Shown here one piece after another: positions 1 through 9,275 of a stretch of DNA of 64,000 nt. Below the pieces are notes generated by a model. It had not been told where the DNA came from, ran no database searches, and was given only the letters and a program-made list of their open reading frames with translations. The stretch is taken from positions 68,146-132,145 of the forward strand of contig CACYQD010000014.1 of NCBI GenBank assembly GCA_902776475.1, given 5' to 3'. Every line of letters starts with the position of its first letter. Position 1 is the stretch's first letter. The position numbers were made by a program, and so were the translations under genes. This DNA comes from an uncultured Prevotellaceae bacterium (GTDB lineage: Bacteria > Bacteroidota > Bacteroidia > Bacteroidales > Bacteroidaceae).

Positions 1-1
1 T

Positions 2-409
2 CCCGTGTTCACCGACTTCCCCACCGATGACTGGCAGGATGTCAATTGGTGGGAACTGGTGAACGGTGCCCAGGTGATGAATTTGTCGGAGTTTCCCAAG
101 GACTATCAGCCTATCGTTCAGCCGATAGACACATGGCATGTCAGCCGTAAGTTGGGCATGCTTGTCGAAGCTCAGGTGCTGGGTGGAAAATTGCTGATGA
201 CGACGATGGACATCTCCCACAACCTGGACCGTCGTCCCGCCGCCCGGCAGTTGCGTAAGTCGGTGCTGCGCTATATGCAGAGCGACAAGTTTGATCCGTC
301 CCTCCACCTCGACGTCGAGGTGATCCGCCATTTGTTTGAAAACGAGGCTCCCCAAGTGAATATGTTCACCAAGGAATCCCCCGATGAACTGAAGCCCAAA
401 TTGAAATAG
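2..409 (+). CDS. Glycoside hydrolase family 2 (beta-galactosidase-like), C-terminal part; gene starts before the window
   Basis: Open frame from the window edge; FPT..W..VNWWELVN...PIVQPIDTW..SRKLG...EA.V..GKLL is the typical C-terminal domain of Bacteroidales GH2 proteins. Confidence 0.7.
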   Translation, partial: PVFTDFPTDDWQDVNWWELVNGAQVMNLSEFPKDYQPIVQPIDTWHVSRKLGMLVEAQVLGGKLLMTTMDISHNLDRRPAARQLRKSVLRYMQSDKFDPSLHLDVEVIRHLFENEAPQVNMFTKESPDELKPKLK

Positions 410-416
410 CGGATGT

Positions 417-459
417 GAGGTTCGGTGAGGAGTGAGACGCCACAATGTGACGTCTCTAC
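417..459. repeat. GTAG-type REP hairpin with GAGGnnnGGTGAGG leader
   Basis: gaggttcggtgagg-agt-gagacgccacaatgtgacgtctctac; reverse strand reads GTAG+AGACGTCAC-ATT-GTGGCGTCT; further copies at 16361, 24687, 62174, 62294. Confidence 0.85.
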
Positions 460-466
460 ATGGGGC

Positions 467-643
467 TTACCTCATCCCGTAGGGGTGGTTGAACCAGTTG
501 GTGTTATAGAGAGGATAGTTGAACTTGCTGGATTCGTCATAGCTGTTGATGAAACAAGCTATGGCTTTTCTCATGATCCCTGTCCAATGCGCTTTCTTTG
601 CTCTCAACATGCTTTTTTCTGTTTTCTTGTTGGTCTCCATCAT
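467..643 (-). CDS. Small 57-58 aa hypothetical protein (MMETNKKTEKSMLRAKKAHWTGIMRKAIACFINSYDESSKFNYPLYNTNWFNHPYGMR), below the ORF-track cutoff
   Basis: Hand translation; TACCTTTG -7 box at 676-683 (minus), A-rich leader aacaactaagaaacaaca before ATG, REP hairpin just after the stop. Confidence 0.6.
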   Translation of the reverse strand: MMETNKKTEKSMLRAKKAHWTGIMRKAIACFINSYDESSKFNYPLYNTNWFNHPYGMR

Positions 644-675
644 TGTTGTTTCTTAGTTGTTCGTCATTCTGCAGA

Positions 676-683
676 CAAAGGTA
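676..683 (-). promoter_or_regulatory. Bacteroidetes sigma-A -7 box TACCTTTG for the small ORF
   Basis: Exact TAnnTTTG match 32 nt upstream of the ATG at 643. Confidence 0.6.
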
Positions 684-860
684 CATTGGCTTTTGCGGGG
701 AAGAATCATTTCGGCCTTTTTTCAGACCAAGAAGTGATGACAATGGACTCGTTTTGCGACAAAGAGAGGCAATGAAGGTGAAATCTGTCGCAAAAGTGGG
801 TGTCGGCTTTGAAATCATGAAAAAATGGGCGTTTCCCTTGGAAAAACGCCAAGTTTGTTT

Positions 861-868
861 TATCTTTG
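861..868 (+). promoter_or_regulatory. -7 box TATCTTTG for the large LRR protein
   Basis: Exact TAnnTTTG match followed by an AT-rich leader and ATG at 892. Confidence 0.7.
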
Positions 869-891
869 CAGAAACACTAACCTTTATACTT

Positions 892-3800
892 ATGAAACAT
901 TTACGACCACTTTTTTTGCTTTCCATGTTGGTGGCATCGGTCTTCACAGTGCAAGCCCAGTCCTTGTCAGAAGATTTTTATAACGGCAGTGCCTTCGAAT
1001 GTAATCTGTTTATTTATAACAAGGTTTCGAGCCATTTCAAGGATGGCTGTGTCCTTTGGTTGCAGACTCCCAACAGCATGCCGGCCGTTGCGGGCGTCCA
1101 TGTGGCGCCGAATCAGAAAACGCTGGTGATTCCCGATGAATATGACGGAAAGCCCATCACTGAGATTCTTTTCCGTTATTATGATTACATCACCCTGGGA
1201 AGTCCCCAATGGGGCACGTATGATAACACTATTCATTACAAGACTCGTTTTGGTGCCTTTACAAGGAATTGTCCGATTGATGCCGATGGAAATTACGTCT
1301 TTGCCCACCAGGGAAATGGTTCGGCAGACGATCCGCTCATGGGAGATCCGATTGCTCTGGAGGAGATCGTGTTCCCTGCCTATTTGCAGCGTATAGACAT
1401 GAACACCTTCAAAGACGAACTGCCATCGCTGAAAAAGATCTATTTTCTTCAGACGGAGATGGAGACGTTTTACAACCTCTACAATTTACCAAATTTGGAG
1501 GAAGTGCATCTGTCAAGTGATGTGCCATACAGCTCATCGAATGTTACGAAAGAGCGATGTCAGAATATCACTTTGTATGTGCCTGAGCAGTATTTTGGGA
1601 AATATTTGAATAATGAAAAGTATTTCTCCGCCTTCAAAGCGATAAAGAAAGATGAAGAGTCCAGACTAAGTTTCGACAATCCCCACCCAGCGGTTTATTT
1701 GGAAATAAATGGTCTTCGGATTACTTACAACACAGGCCTCTTGTCGAATATAACCATGAATTTCAACCACCATCAGAAGCCCAAATATACTGTTTATTAC
1801 GACCCTGAACTTGGAGTCCCACATGTGACATTAAACGACGTGGAACTGGCCGATTTGTCAGGTGAACTGAATTTGCAAGAAGGAAGTAATATCTTAAGAG
1901 TAAATTTCGAATACAGTGTCCGCTCAGGCCTTAAAGTCAAGAGCAATGGCAATGGGAGCCATGTGGTTTGGGTGGATTCTGGGAAGGATATCCTTGGTAA
2001 CAGTGGTGGTTCCACTGTGGTCAAGAATGTGTTGGCCTATAAGCCGTATGTGATGCGGGTTTACTACAATAGCACCAATCAGCGCTGCACTGCCAAATTG
2101 AACGGTCATGAGTTGTCCGGCACAAACTATGGCAACTATACAGATTACAGTTTCTCCCAAATCCATGAAAATGACGAGGTGGATGTCCAGGTGACCGACA
2201 AACCCTGTCGCATCACTGTGTCAAAGAGTGAGGTCTATGCCAATCTTATGGCCACACGTATGATCGACGGTCAGTCTTATGCCACTTTCCTGTCCAATCA
2301 AATGCAAATGACGGCTGGTTATGGTACCAAATTCAGTTTTGTAGTTCCAAATACCGTGGCTTTGCAGACTGCAAAACTTGGTAACAATTCAGCCTCGGTG
2401 ATAACTGACAGCAACGGCAACAAGACCTACAGTTTCACTGTGCCCCAGTCAGAGAATGCCTATCTCACGTTGGTGGGAACGCCCGTAACATCACCCCAGT
2501 CAGATTATTCCCTCCAAACTATCACGAAGGTTGGACATGGCACAGTGAGGTACAGCACATGGTATTATGATGAAGATTATGTCAATCACCAAACTGCGGG
2601 TGAGTTGACGACACCTGTGAGCACCATCATTTCTCCCTTAGGCGAGAATGAAGGCGCGTGCGGATGGACGCTCACCATCACCCCAGACCCAGGCTATGAA
2701 CTGACCACCCTTTTCGGTAGTTGGAATACCAATAGTTCTGTAGATGGATATTCAAGGCCCGATGTGGTCAATATGCTTACCGAGCATGCCTATATAGATA
2801 ATGATACAGAGGAAAAATATCCCGGCATGGACGGCCCTACAGCAGAGCAGAAGTTAGCCTCTGGTGGAAATTTCTCGCTTGATTTGGATGTGGACCGCAC
2901 GCTGTCCTACAATGCCAGTACCCGCACTTATACCTTTAATGTCGAAGGTGTCGATTGGGAAGGTGTTTCAATGGCTGTCACGATAGGTTTCAGCGATCCC
3001 AATGAGACAGCGCAGAAACAGATCAATGTTGTGGCTTTGGGGACACCTATAGACGGATTGTTGAGCCTCGAATACAAAGATTCTCAGGGATATCATCATG
3101 AGTCGTTGACTTCCGCGGGCAGTTTTTCCAAGTCTTTCCTTCCAGAGGAGGTGCAAGACATCTATTTCATCATGGATTACGAGGAAGGATATGAAATACA
3201 AGCCGATGGCGGTGTGGTGACTATTCCCTTTACAGCCTATCATAATGGTGAGGAAAGCACCAGTTCCTTTGAATACGATGATGGTCAAATCAAGGCTTAC
3301 CTCCCCTTTGACCAGATGGTGGGAACCTGGACTTTCGTATTCCCTGAAGAGGTTAAGACCCATGCCAATGCCGTGGCCAACTGGTCGTTTGTGAAAGTGG
3401 GTGAAGGCCTGCTGAACTGCCAGATGGTTCCGCTGTCAGCATCTGCAGAATCAGAGACCCGCCACGTGTTGGGTAACAGTGAGATCATCAGTATCCCGAG
3501 TGGCCAAACGGAGAAGACCATCATCAGCCTTCAGTGCACTGACGGAGGTTCTTTCAGGGTATACTGCAATGGTGAGGACCGTACATCCGACTTCACGGCC
3601 GGAGCAAATGGCCTCTACACGTTGACCACTTTGCAGGCCGACCTGAAGGATGCTGGTTGGACAGTGGTATTCAACAAGGGCAGTGAAGCCAATACCTTCA
3701 CTTATTTGTTGCAGCAGACCAGTGGCGGTCAGGTGCTCGTTGGCGTGAATCCGAATGAAGGCCAGGAAGAGGGCGCTTCCCTCGACATGCAGCCCATCCA

Positions 3801-4950
3801 GGATGGCAACATGACCATGAACCTCTCTCCCAGTACAGCAAAAGGTATCACACTCGTCGTGACACCTGATGACGACATGACGGTGCGCATCTTCCAGGGT
3901 GATACCGACGTGACCGGTCAGTTTACTTACATTGAGGAGTCCAATTCCTACGTTAGGGAAACCGATGCGTTGGCCAATGAGTCGTTGCAGTTTGTTTTTG
4001 CCAATAAGACCGAACTTGGTGTCGTCGGATTCGAAAACATCGAGTTTGCCTGCGCAGAGGTGGAGCGCATCTGTGTCGAGAACTGGGACACCAGTGGCGA
4101 TGGAAAACTGTCGAGGGCTGAGGCAGCCGCTGTGACGACCCTGTTGAAGAATGGTGTCTCGGTATTTCAAAACCAAACATCGATTACATCGTTCGATGAG
4201 TTCCAATATTTCATAGGGATGACCAAGATTGAGATGCGTGCTTTCAATAACTGTACGTCTATGAAGTCTATCATCTTACCTCAGTCTATAACATCAATAG
4301 AATTCGCAGGCTTTAGCCAATGTAGAGCATTAACTGCTATAGATCTTCCAGAAGGGTTGTTGAGTATTGGCCAGGCGGCGTTTGGGAATACAGCGATCAA
4401 GAGCCTTTTCATTCCAAAGAACGTTAGGGACATCTCGTTTCAAATAGTAAGTGGTTGTAATAATCTTGTAAGCCTTTCGGTTGATCCGGCGAATACATAT
4501 TACGACTCTCGTGAAGGTTGTAATGCTGTGATAAGGACATCTACCAATAAACTGGTCGATGGCTATAAGCTCTCTGTTGTTCCAGAAGGTGTGAAAGACT
4601 TCGGCTTTGCTTGCTTTTCCGGTTCTGACATTGAGTCTGTTGTGTTACCAAGTACATTGTTAAGCTTGTCATACAGCTTTAATTGCTATAATCTGAAGAG
4701 TGTTGTTTCAAAAGCTGTAAATCCACCAACAATGGCACATAATGATGGAATAGGTAATTTAAATGCTGCCTGTGTCCTAAAAGTTCCCGTTGGTTCTCGT
4801 AATGCTTACCTCAATGCAGGCTGGACAGAAGATATCTTCAAGGGTGGTGTTGTAGAGGATATCTCTCCGTATGACACCAATAACGACGACAAGGTGACTG
4901 TCACCGACTTGATGAGGATGGTGAACGTCATTTTGGGGGTTGCACAATAA
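892..4950 (+). CDS. Large secreted/surface protein (1352 aa): signal peptide, LRR fragment, beta-rich repeat modules, EF-hand-like motif, BspA-type LRR, C-terminal single dockerin-like repeat
   Basis: True start placed at ATG 892 (MKHLRPLFLLSML..AQ) after the promoter box; WDTSGDGKLSRAEA; BspA repeats (SIILPQSITSIEFAGFSQC, AIDLPEGLLSIGQAAF); YDTNNDDKVTVTDLMRMVNVILG. Confidence 0.8.
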   Translation: MKHLRPLFLLSMLVASVFTVQAQSLSEDFYNGSAFECNLFIYNKVSSHFKDGCVLWLQTPNSMPAVAGVHVAPNQKTLVIPDEYDGKPITEILFRYYDYITLGSPQWGTYDNTIHYKTRFGAFTRNCPIDADGNYVFAHQGNGSADDPLMGDPIALEEIVFPAYLQRIDMNTFKDELPSLKKIYFLQTEMETFYNLYNLPNLEEVHLSSDVPYSSSNVTKERCQNITLYVPEQYFGKYLNNEKYFSAFKAIKKDEESRLSFDNPHPAVYLEINGLRITYNTGLLSNITMNFNHHQKPKYTVYYDPELGVPHVTLNDVELADLSGELNLQEGSNILRVNFEYSVRSGLKVKSNGNGSHVVWVDSGKDILGNSGGSTVVKNVLAYKPYVMRVYYNSTNQRCTAKLNGHELSGTNYGNYTDYSFSQIHENDEVDVQVTDKPCRITVSKSEVYANLMATRMIDGQSYATFLSNQMQMTAGYGTKFSFVVPNTVALQTAKLGNNSASVITDSNGNKTYSFTVPQSENAYLTLVGTPVTSPQSDYSLQTITKVGHGTVRYSTWYYDEDYVNHQTAGELTTPVSTIISPLGENEGACGWTLTITPDPGYELTTLFGSWNTNSSVDGYSRPDVVNMLTEHAYIDNDTEEKYPGMDGPTAEQKLASGGNFSLDLDVDRTLSYNASTRTYTFNVEGVDWEGVSMAVTIGFSDPNETAQKQINVVALGTPIDGLLSLEYKDSQGYHHESLTSAGSFSKSFLPEEVQDIYFIMDYEEGYEIQADGGVVTIPFTAYHNGEESTSSFEYDDGQIKAYLPFDQMVGTWTFVFPEEVKTHANAVANWSFVKVGEGLLNCQMVPLSASAESETRHVLGNSEIISIPSGQTEKTIISLQCTDGGSFRVYCNGEDRTSDFTAGANGLYTLTTLQADLKDAGWTVVFNKGSEANTFTYLLQQTSGGQVLVGVNPNEGQEEGASLDMQPIQDGNMTMNLSPSTAKGITLVVTPDDDMTVRIFQGDTDVTGQFTYIEESNSYVRETDALANESLQFVFANKTELGVVGFENIEFACAEVERICVENWDTSGDGKLSRAEAAAVTTLLKNGVSVFQNQTSITSFDEFQYFIGMTKIEMRAFNNCTSMKSIILPQSITSIEFAGFSQCRALTAIDLPEGLLSIGQAAFGNTAIKSLFIPKNVRDISFQIVSGCNNLVSLSVDPANTYYDSREGCNAVIRTSTNKLVDGYKLSVVPEGVKDFGFACFSGSDIESVVLPSTLLSLSYSFNCYNLKSVVSKAVNPPTMAHNDGIGNLNAACVLKVPVGSRNAYLNAGWTEDIFKGGVVEDISPYDTNNDDKVTVTDLMRMVNVILGVAQ

Positions 4951-4961
4951 CATCATCGACA

Positions 4962-7385
4962 ATGAAGCAAAAAGCATTATTACTGATGAGTCTCACTTTG
5001 CTGGTGCTTTCAGCAAGTGCTGGCAAAAAACCGACCGTCCCAGTTCCTATTCAGGAGGTGTCCTTCGCTCAGGTGCACCTGAATGATGGTTTTTGGTCGC
5101 CGCGCATCGAAATCAACCGCACGGTGTCCATCCCTTCTGCCTTTCATGAGTGCGAGGTGAATGGGCGCTTCGACAATTTCGCGTTGGCCGCCGGACTCAT
5201 CCAAGGTGAGCATAAAGGGGATTTCTCTTTTGACGACACCGACCCCTACAAGGTCATTGAGGGTGCGTCGTATTCCCTGGCAGTACACTATGACGCCAGG
5301 CTCGACCATTATCTCGACTCTGTCATCAACATCATCGCCCAGGCGCAGGAGCCGGATGGATACCTGACCACCTGCGTCACGAATAAGTGTACGCGCCTGA
5401 GCGGATGGTGGGGCACCCATAAGTGGGAGAAAATCAACTCTCACGAACTCTACAATTCCGGCCACCTCATTGAGAGTGCTGTGGCCCACTATCGTGCCAC
5501 GGGCAAGAAAACCTTCCTCAATGTCGCCATCAAGAATGCCGACCTTGTCTGCAAGACCTTCGGTCCCAACGAGGGACAGATCCATCGTCCGGGCGGCCAC
5601 CCCATCATCGAGATGGCGCTCTGCAAGTTGTACAAGGTGACGGGCAACAAGAAGTACCTCGACGGAGCCAAGTATTTCGTGGAGGAGACAGGACGCTGCA
5701 CTGACGGCCATCATCCCAGTGAATACTCACAGGACCACATGCCCATCCTGCAGCAAGAGGAGATTGTGGGGCACGCCGTCCGGGCGGGCTATCTCTACAG
5801 CGGTGTGGCTGATGTGGCTGCACTGACTGGCGACAAGGCTTATTTCGAGGCTTTGGAGCGTATCTGGGAGAACATGTCGTCCAAGAAACTCTTCATCACA
5901 GGCGGCATCGGCAGTCGTCCGCAGGGCGAGGGCTTCGGTCCCAACTACGAGTTGAACAATCACACCGCTTATTGCGAGACCTGTGCCGCCATCGCCAATG
6001 TCTATTGGAACTACCGCATGTTTCTGGCCACAGGTCAGAGCAAATATATCGATGTCTGTGAGCGTGCCTTATACAACAATGTCTTGAGTGGCGTCAGCCT
6101 TTCCGGCGATAAGTTCTTCTATGACAACCCATTGGAGAGCGACGGCGAGCACGAGCGCCAGAGGTGGTTCGGATGCGCCTGCTGTCCTGGTAACATCACC
6201 CGTTTTGTGGCCTCCGTACCCGGTTATATCTATGCCCAGCAAGGCAAGGATATCTTCGTGAACCTCTATGCACAGGGAAAGGCCAAGATAGGCAACATCG
6301 AGTTGGAGCAGACCACCGACTATCCATGGAACGGCAAGATCCGCATCCAGGTGACGAAAGGCAACGGCAAGTTCGCCATCAAACTCCGCATCCCTTCCTG
6401 GTTGAAGGATTCTCCGACCAACAACTCACTCTATACATATCATGAAGCCGCCTCTGCCTACACCGTCATGGTGAATGGTGTGGCAGCAGGCCCGGCGGAT
6501 GAAAACGGCTATGTCAGCATCACCCGCTCCTGGAAGAAGGGCGACGCCATCGAACTCGACTTCCCGATGAACATCCGCCGCATCGTAGCCAATGACAATG
6601 CTGAGGACGACCGCGGCAAGGTGGCCTTGGAGCGCGGACCTGTCGTGTTCTGCCTCGAAGGCAAGGACCAGGCCGACCATCAGGTCTTTAACAAGTACAT
6701 TCTCAACAGCGCTCCCATCACTGCCCACTACGAGCAGAACCTCCTCAACGGTGTGATGGTGCTCGAAGGCAATGCCAAGGAACTACAGCAGGATGGTGAA
6801 GTCAAGGATGTGAAATTCCGCGCCATCCCATATTCCACATGGAATAACCGTGGCAATGAGCAGATGGAGGTCTGGGTGGCCAACACGCCCGCCAAGGCCG
6901 TAGCCACACCACTTCCAACGATAGCCTCGAAGGCTCAGACCTTCTGCAACCGTGGTCCGATACAGAATGACGCCCCAGAGACCGCTCCTGTTGACTCCTG
7001 GGCCGGCGGCACCAACGACCAGTGGGAGCCCAAGCGCTCCTCCGACACCTCGAAGCCCTACCACTACTGGTGGTTGAAACGGGGCTCCACCGAGGCCATC
7101 ACCTACCAATTTGACCAGGAATACGAGGTGAGCAACGTACAGGTGTATTGGCTCGACTTCGACCACTACGACGGCAACTTCCGCACCCCCGAATCGTGGA
7201 AGCTCTATTACAAGGATGCCCAGGGCGAGTGGCACGAGGTGGCCGACCACAGCCCCTACACGGTCAGCAAAGACTGCTACAACAGTGTCAGTTTCGCCCC
7301 GGTGAAGACCACAGGCCTGAAAATTCTCGCCAAACTCCGTAAGGGCGAGTCGGGTGGTGTCCTCGAGTGGAAAGTAAACAAATGA
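4962..7385 (+). CDS. Glycoside hydrolase family 127 (beta-L-arabinofuranosidase-like) with C-terminal F5/8-like beta-sandwich
   Basis: Signal peptide; HELYNSGHLIE, GHAVRAGYLY, YCETCAAI, ALYNNVL, CACCPGN, VALERGPVVFC motifs. Confidence 0.92.
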   Translation: MKQKALLLMSLTLLVLSASAGKKPTVPVPIQEVSFAQVHLNDGFWSPRIEINRTVSIPSAFHECEVNGRFDNFALAAGLIQGEHKGDFSFDDTDPYKVIEGASYSLAVHYDARLDHYLDSVINIIAQAQEPDGYLTTCVTNKCTRLSGWWGTHKWEKINSHELYNSGHLIESAVAHYRATGKKTFLNVAIKNADLVCKTFGPNEGQIHRPGGHPIIEMALCKLYKVTGNKKYLDGAKYFVEETGRCTDGHHPSEYSQDHMPILQQEEIVGHAVRAGYLYSGVADVAALTGDKAYFEALERIWENMSSKKLFITGGIGSRPQGEGFGPNYELNNHTAYCETCAAIANVYWNYRMFLATGQSKYIDVCERALYNNVLSGVSLSGDKFFYDNPLESDGEHERQRWFGCACCPGNITRFVASVPGYIYAQQGKDIFVNLYAQGKAKIGNIELEQTTDYPWNGKIRIQVTKGNGKFAIKLRIPSWLKDSPTNNSLYTYHEAASAYTVMVNGVAAGPADENGYVSITRSWKKGDAIELDFPMNIRRIVANDNAEDDRGKVALERGPVVFCLEGKDQADHQVFNKYILNSAPITAHYEQNLLNGVMVLEGNAKELQQDGEVKDVKFRAIPYSTWNNRGNEQMEVWVANTPAKAVATPLPTIASKAQTFCNRGPIQNDAPETAPVDSWAGGTNDQWEPKRSSDTSKPYHYWWLKRGSTEAITYQFDQEYEVSNVQVYWLDFDHYDGNFRTPESWKLYYKDAQGEWHEVADHSPYTVSKDCYNSVSFAPVKTTGLKILAKLRKGESGGVLEWKVNK

Positions 7386-7394
7386 CAGGTCACC

Positions 7395-7605
7395 CGCCAG
7401 CCATCCTACAAAATCCAAAAAGCCCTGAGTGATTTGAAAGTAAACTTTCATCACTCAGGACTCTTTGTCTTTCGTGATCCCGTTGGGATTAGATATCCCA
7501 GTAGGCTGGCGCCAGCCATCCTACAAAGTAAAAAGGAGCCTTAAATATCTGAAAGCGAGCTTTCATATTTAATTCTCCTTTTTCCTTCGTGATCCCGTTG
7601 GGATT
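7395..7605. repeat. 115-bp tandem unit containing a tRNA 3'-end duplicate (att-like) and a long hairpin
   Basis: cgccagccatcctacaaa at 7395 and 7510; ttcgtgatcccgttgggatt at 7471 and 7586; each unit has a hairpin centred on TGAAAG-N4-CTTTCA. Confidence 0.85.
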
Positions 7606-7663
7606 CAAACCCAAGACCTTCAGAACCGGAATCTGACGCTCTATTCAGCTAAGCTACAGCAAA
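7590..7663 (-). tRNA. tRNA-Arg(CCG) with a mismatched 5' acceptor strand (probable pseudogene or att remnant)
   Basis: Minus strand: D arm, anticodon arm TCAGA-TTCCGGT-TCTGA, T arm TTGGG-TTTGAAT-CCCAA, 3' CGGGATC-A; 5' strand TTTGCTG fails to pair at positions 1, 2 and 4. Confidence 0.75.
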
Positions 7664-7713
7664 TTTTAAGGTTAAAAAGATAGACAGTCCGATTTTTCCG
7701 GAGATGTAGGGTT

Positions 7714-8943
7714 TTAGAAGTTGATCCATCGGGTCAGGTCGGTCTTGTCCTTGAAGTCGGGGGCTTTGGCGACTCCTGCTGTAGAGACATCCTCTCCGAG
7801 CAGGAAACGCTGGATGAAGGCCTTCACCTCTGGATACTGGCTTTCGGGCAACATGCAGTGGGGATGACCACCCACGATGGAGTATCCCACGCGGTCGGCG
7901 ATGCCATATTGTTGCCATACCTTCATGGCGGCGTTGATAGAGACGTAGGCAGACTCGTCGGCCAACCATTTGTAATCGGTGTTGCCAAGTATCAACAGCG
8001 CGCGCGGACAGATCATGGCGCACAATTCATGATGGTCGTGGGGCAGACGGAAAGTCTTCTCCTGGGCGAAGTTGGTGCGCATGCTCTCCTTGAACCAGTG
8101 ATAGTCGGTGCGGTCGAGGCTCTCCACGCTGTCGATGGTGTTGGAGACACGCCAGGCTGCAGCTCCGCCGCCACCGGGCTCCTGTGCGATGGTGAGGGCG
8201 ACACGCTCGTCAAAGGCTCCGCAGAAAAGAGCCATCTTGCCGGCGTAGGAGCAACCGGTGACACCGATGTGGCGGGTGTCGATACGGGTGATGGCAGGCC
8301 CGAGCTGTTGCAGTCCGTCAATCAATCGGCTGAAGCCCCAGGCCCATTCGCTGTAGGCTCCGTTTTCTGTCAGGTCGGGATACAGCTGGTCGAAAGCGAA
8401 TTCTCCACGGTCGTGGGGATGCCGCCACTGAGAATAGTCGTTGACCTGTGCCTCATGGAAGGTCATGGTGGCGATGGGGAGGTCGGAAAACAGCTGGCGG
8501 GGCAGGGAAATGCCGCTCGAGCCAATCAATACGGCGTAGGGTGCCTTGCCCGTCGTGGGGTAGTGGATGGTGGACTTCAGGGTGAGGGACTTGCCGTTGC
8601 GGGTGACATCCACGATGAGGGTGTCGCCGTCCATCCGGGCTTTCACCGTGGCGTCCTTGATGGATGGTTTCGTGCCGATCTCATAGTGCTGGATCTCGGC
8701 CGCGATCTCATTGCGACGGCGCTCCCACTGCTTGAATTTGAGGGCGCGGCCACGGCCGTTGCTCCACTGCAAGGGGTCGGTGAGGGTGTTGATGACAGGC
8801 AGTTCGCTGGCCGGGGGCATGACGGGTGCGCTGAACTTGGCTCCGGTGTTCTCCTGGTCATAAACGAGCGGAATTTTTTTCTGGGCGTTCACCGTCAGAA
8901 GGGTGAGACCCAAGAAGAGGAAGGTGGTTAGCGTTTTTTTCAT
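7714..8943 (-). CDS. Carbohydrate esterase family 15 (glucuronoyl esterase-like)
   Basis: Signal peptide; WAWGFSRLIDGL, IGVTGCSYAGKMAL, FDERVALTIAQEPGGGG, LPHDHHEL motifs. Confidence 0.88.
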   Translation of the reverse strand: MKKTLTTFLFLGLTLLTVNAQKKIPLVYDQENTGAKFSAPVMPPASELPVINTLTDPLQWSNGRGRALKFKQWERRRNEIAAEIQHYEIGTKPSIKDATVKARMDGDTLIVDVTRNGKSLTLKSTIHYPTTGKAPYAVLIGSSGISLPRQLFSDLPIATMTFHEAQVNDYSQWRHPHDRGEFAFDQLYPDLTENGAYSEWAWGFSRLIDGLQQLGPAITRIDTRHIGVTGCSYAGKMALFCGAFDERVALTIAQEPGGGGAAAWRVSNTIDSVESLDRTDYHWFKESMRTNFAQEKTFRLPHDHHELCAMICPRALLILGNTDYKWLADESAYVSINAAMKVWQQYGIADRVGYSIVGGHPHCMLPESQYPEVKAFIQRFLLGEDVSTAGVAKAPDFKDKTDLTRWINF

Positions 8944-9193
8944 GTTTATGGTTGGATTGAATAATGAATGTCCTTCACGGATATCGAACGGATGGACAAA
9001 GTTAGTTTTTTTTCTTGACTTCTTGCGCTAATTCGACAAGTTTTCTTCCCTTTTCGTCAATTTTTGTTCTTGATTTTCCTAAAACAAGATTGAAAATCAG
9101 TTAGATTAACGTCAAAATGATATAAAAATAATAATATTTCTGACTTTTTGCTTATTTCTTTGCAAAATATTCTTGCATATTAATATTTTTGAC

Positions 9194-9201
9194 TACCTTT
9201 G
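9194..9201 (+). promoter_or_regulatory. -7 box TACCTTTG for asnA
   Basis: Exact TAnnTTTG match 74 nt upstream of the ATG. Confidence 0.65.
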
Positions 9202-9275
9202 CACGCACATTTGTAATAGCGATGGGGCAACCCGTCGATGATGTGATTTTGAAGACTTTTCTAAGGTAAAAGGAA

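Noticed and set aside
598-891. 98-aa N-terminal extension of the 1450-aa ORF
   Set aside because: It spans the promoter box and the divergent small ORF; the signal peptide starts at ATG 892
425-947. Remnant RAYT transposase next to the REP; ORFs 425..775 and 537..947
   Set aside because: No HUH or catalytic Tyr motifs in any frame read; the region is better explained by the small ORF and two divergent promoters
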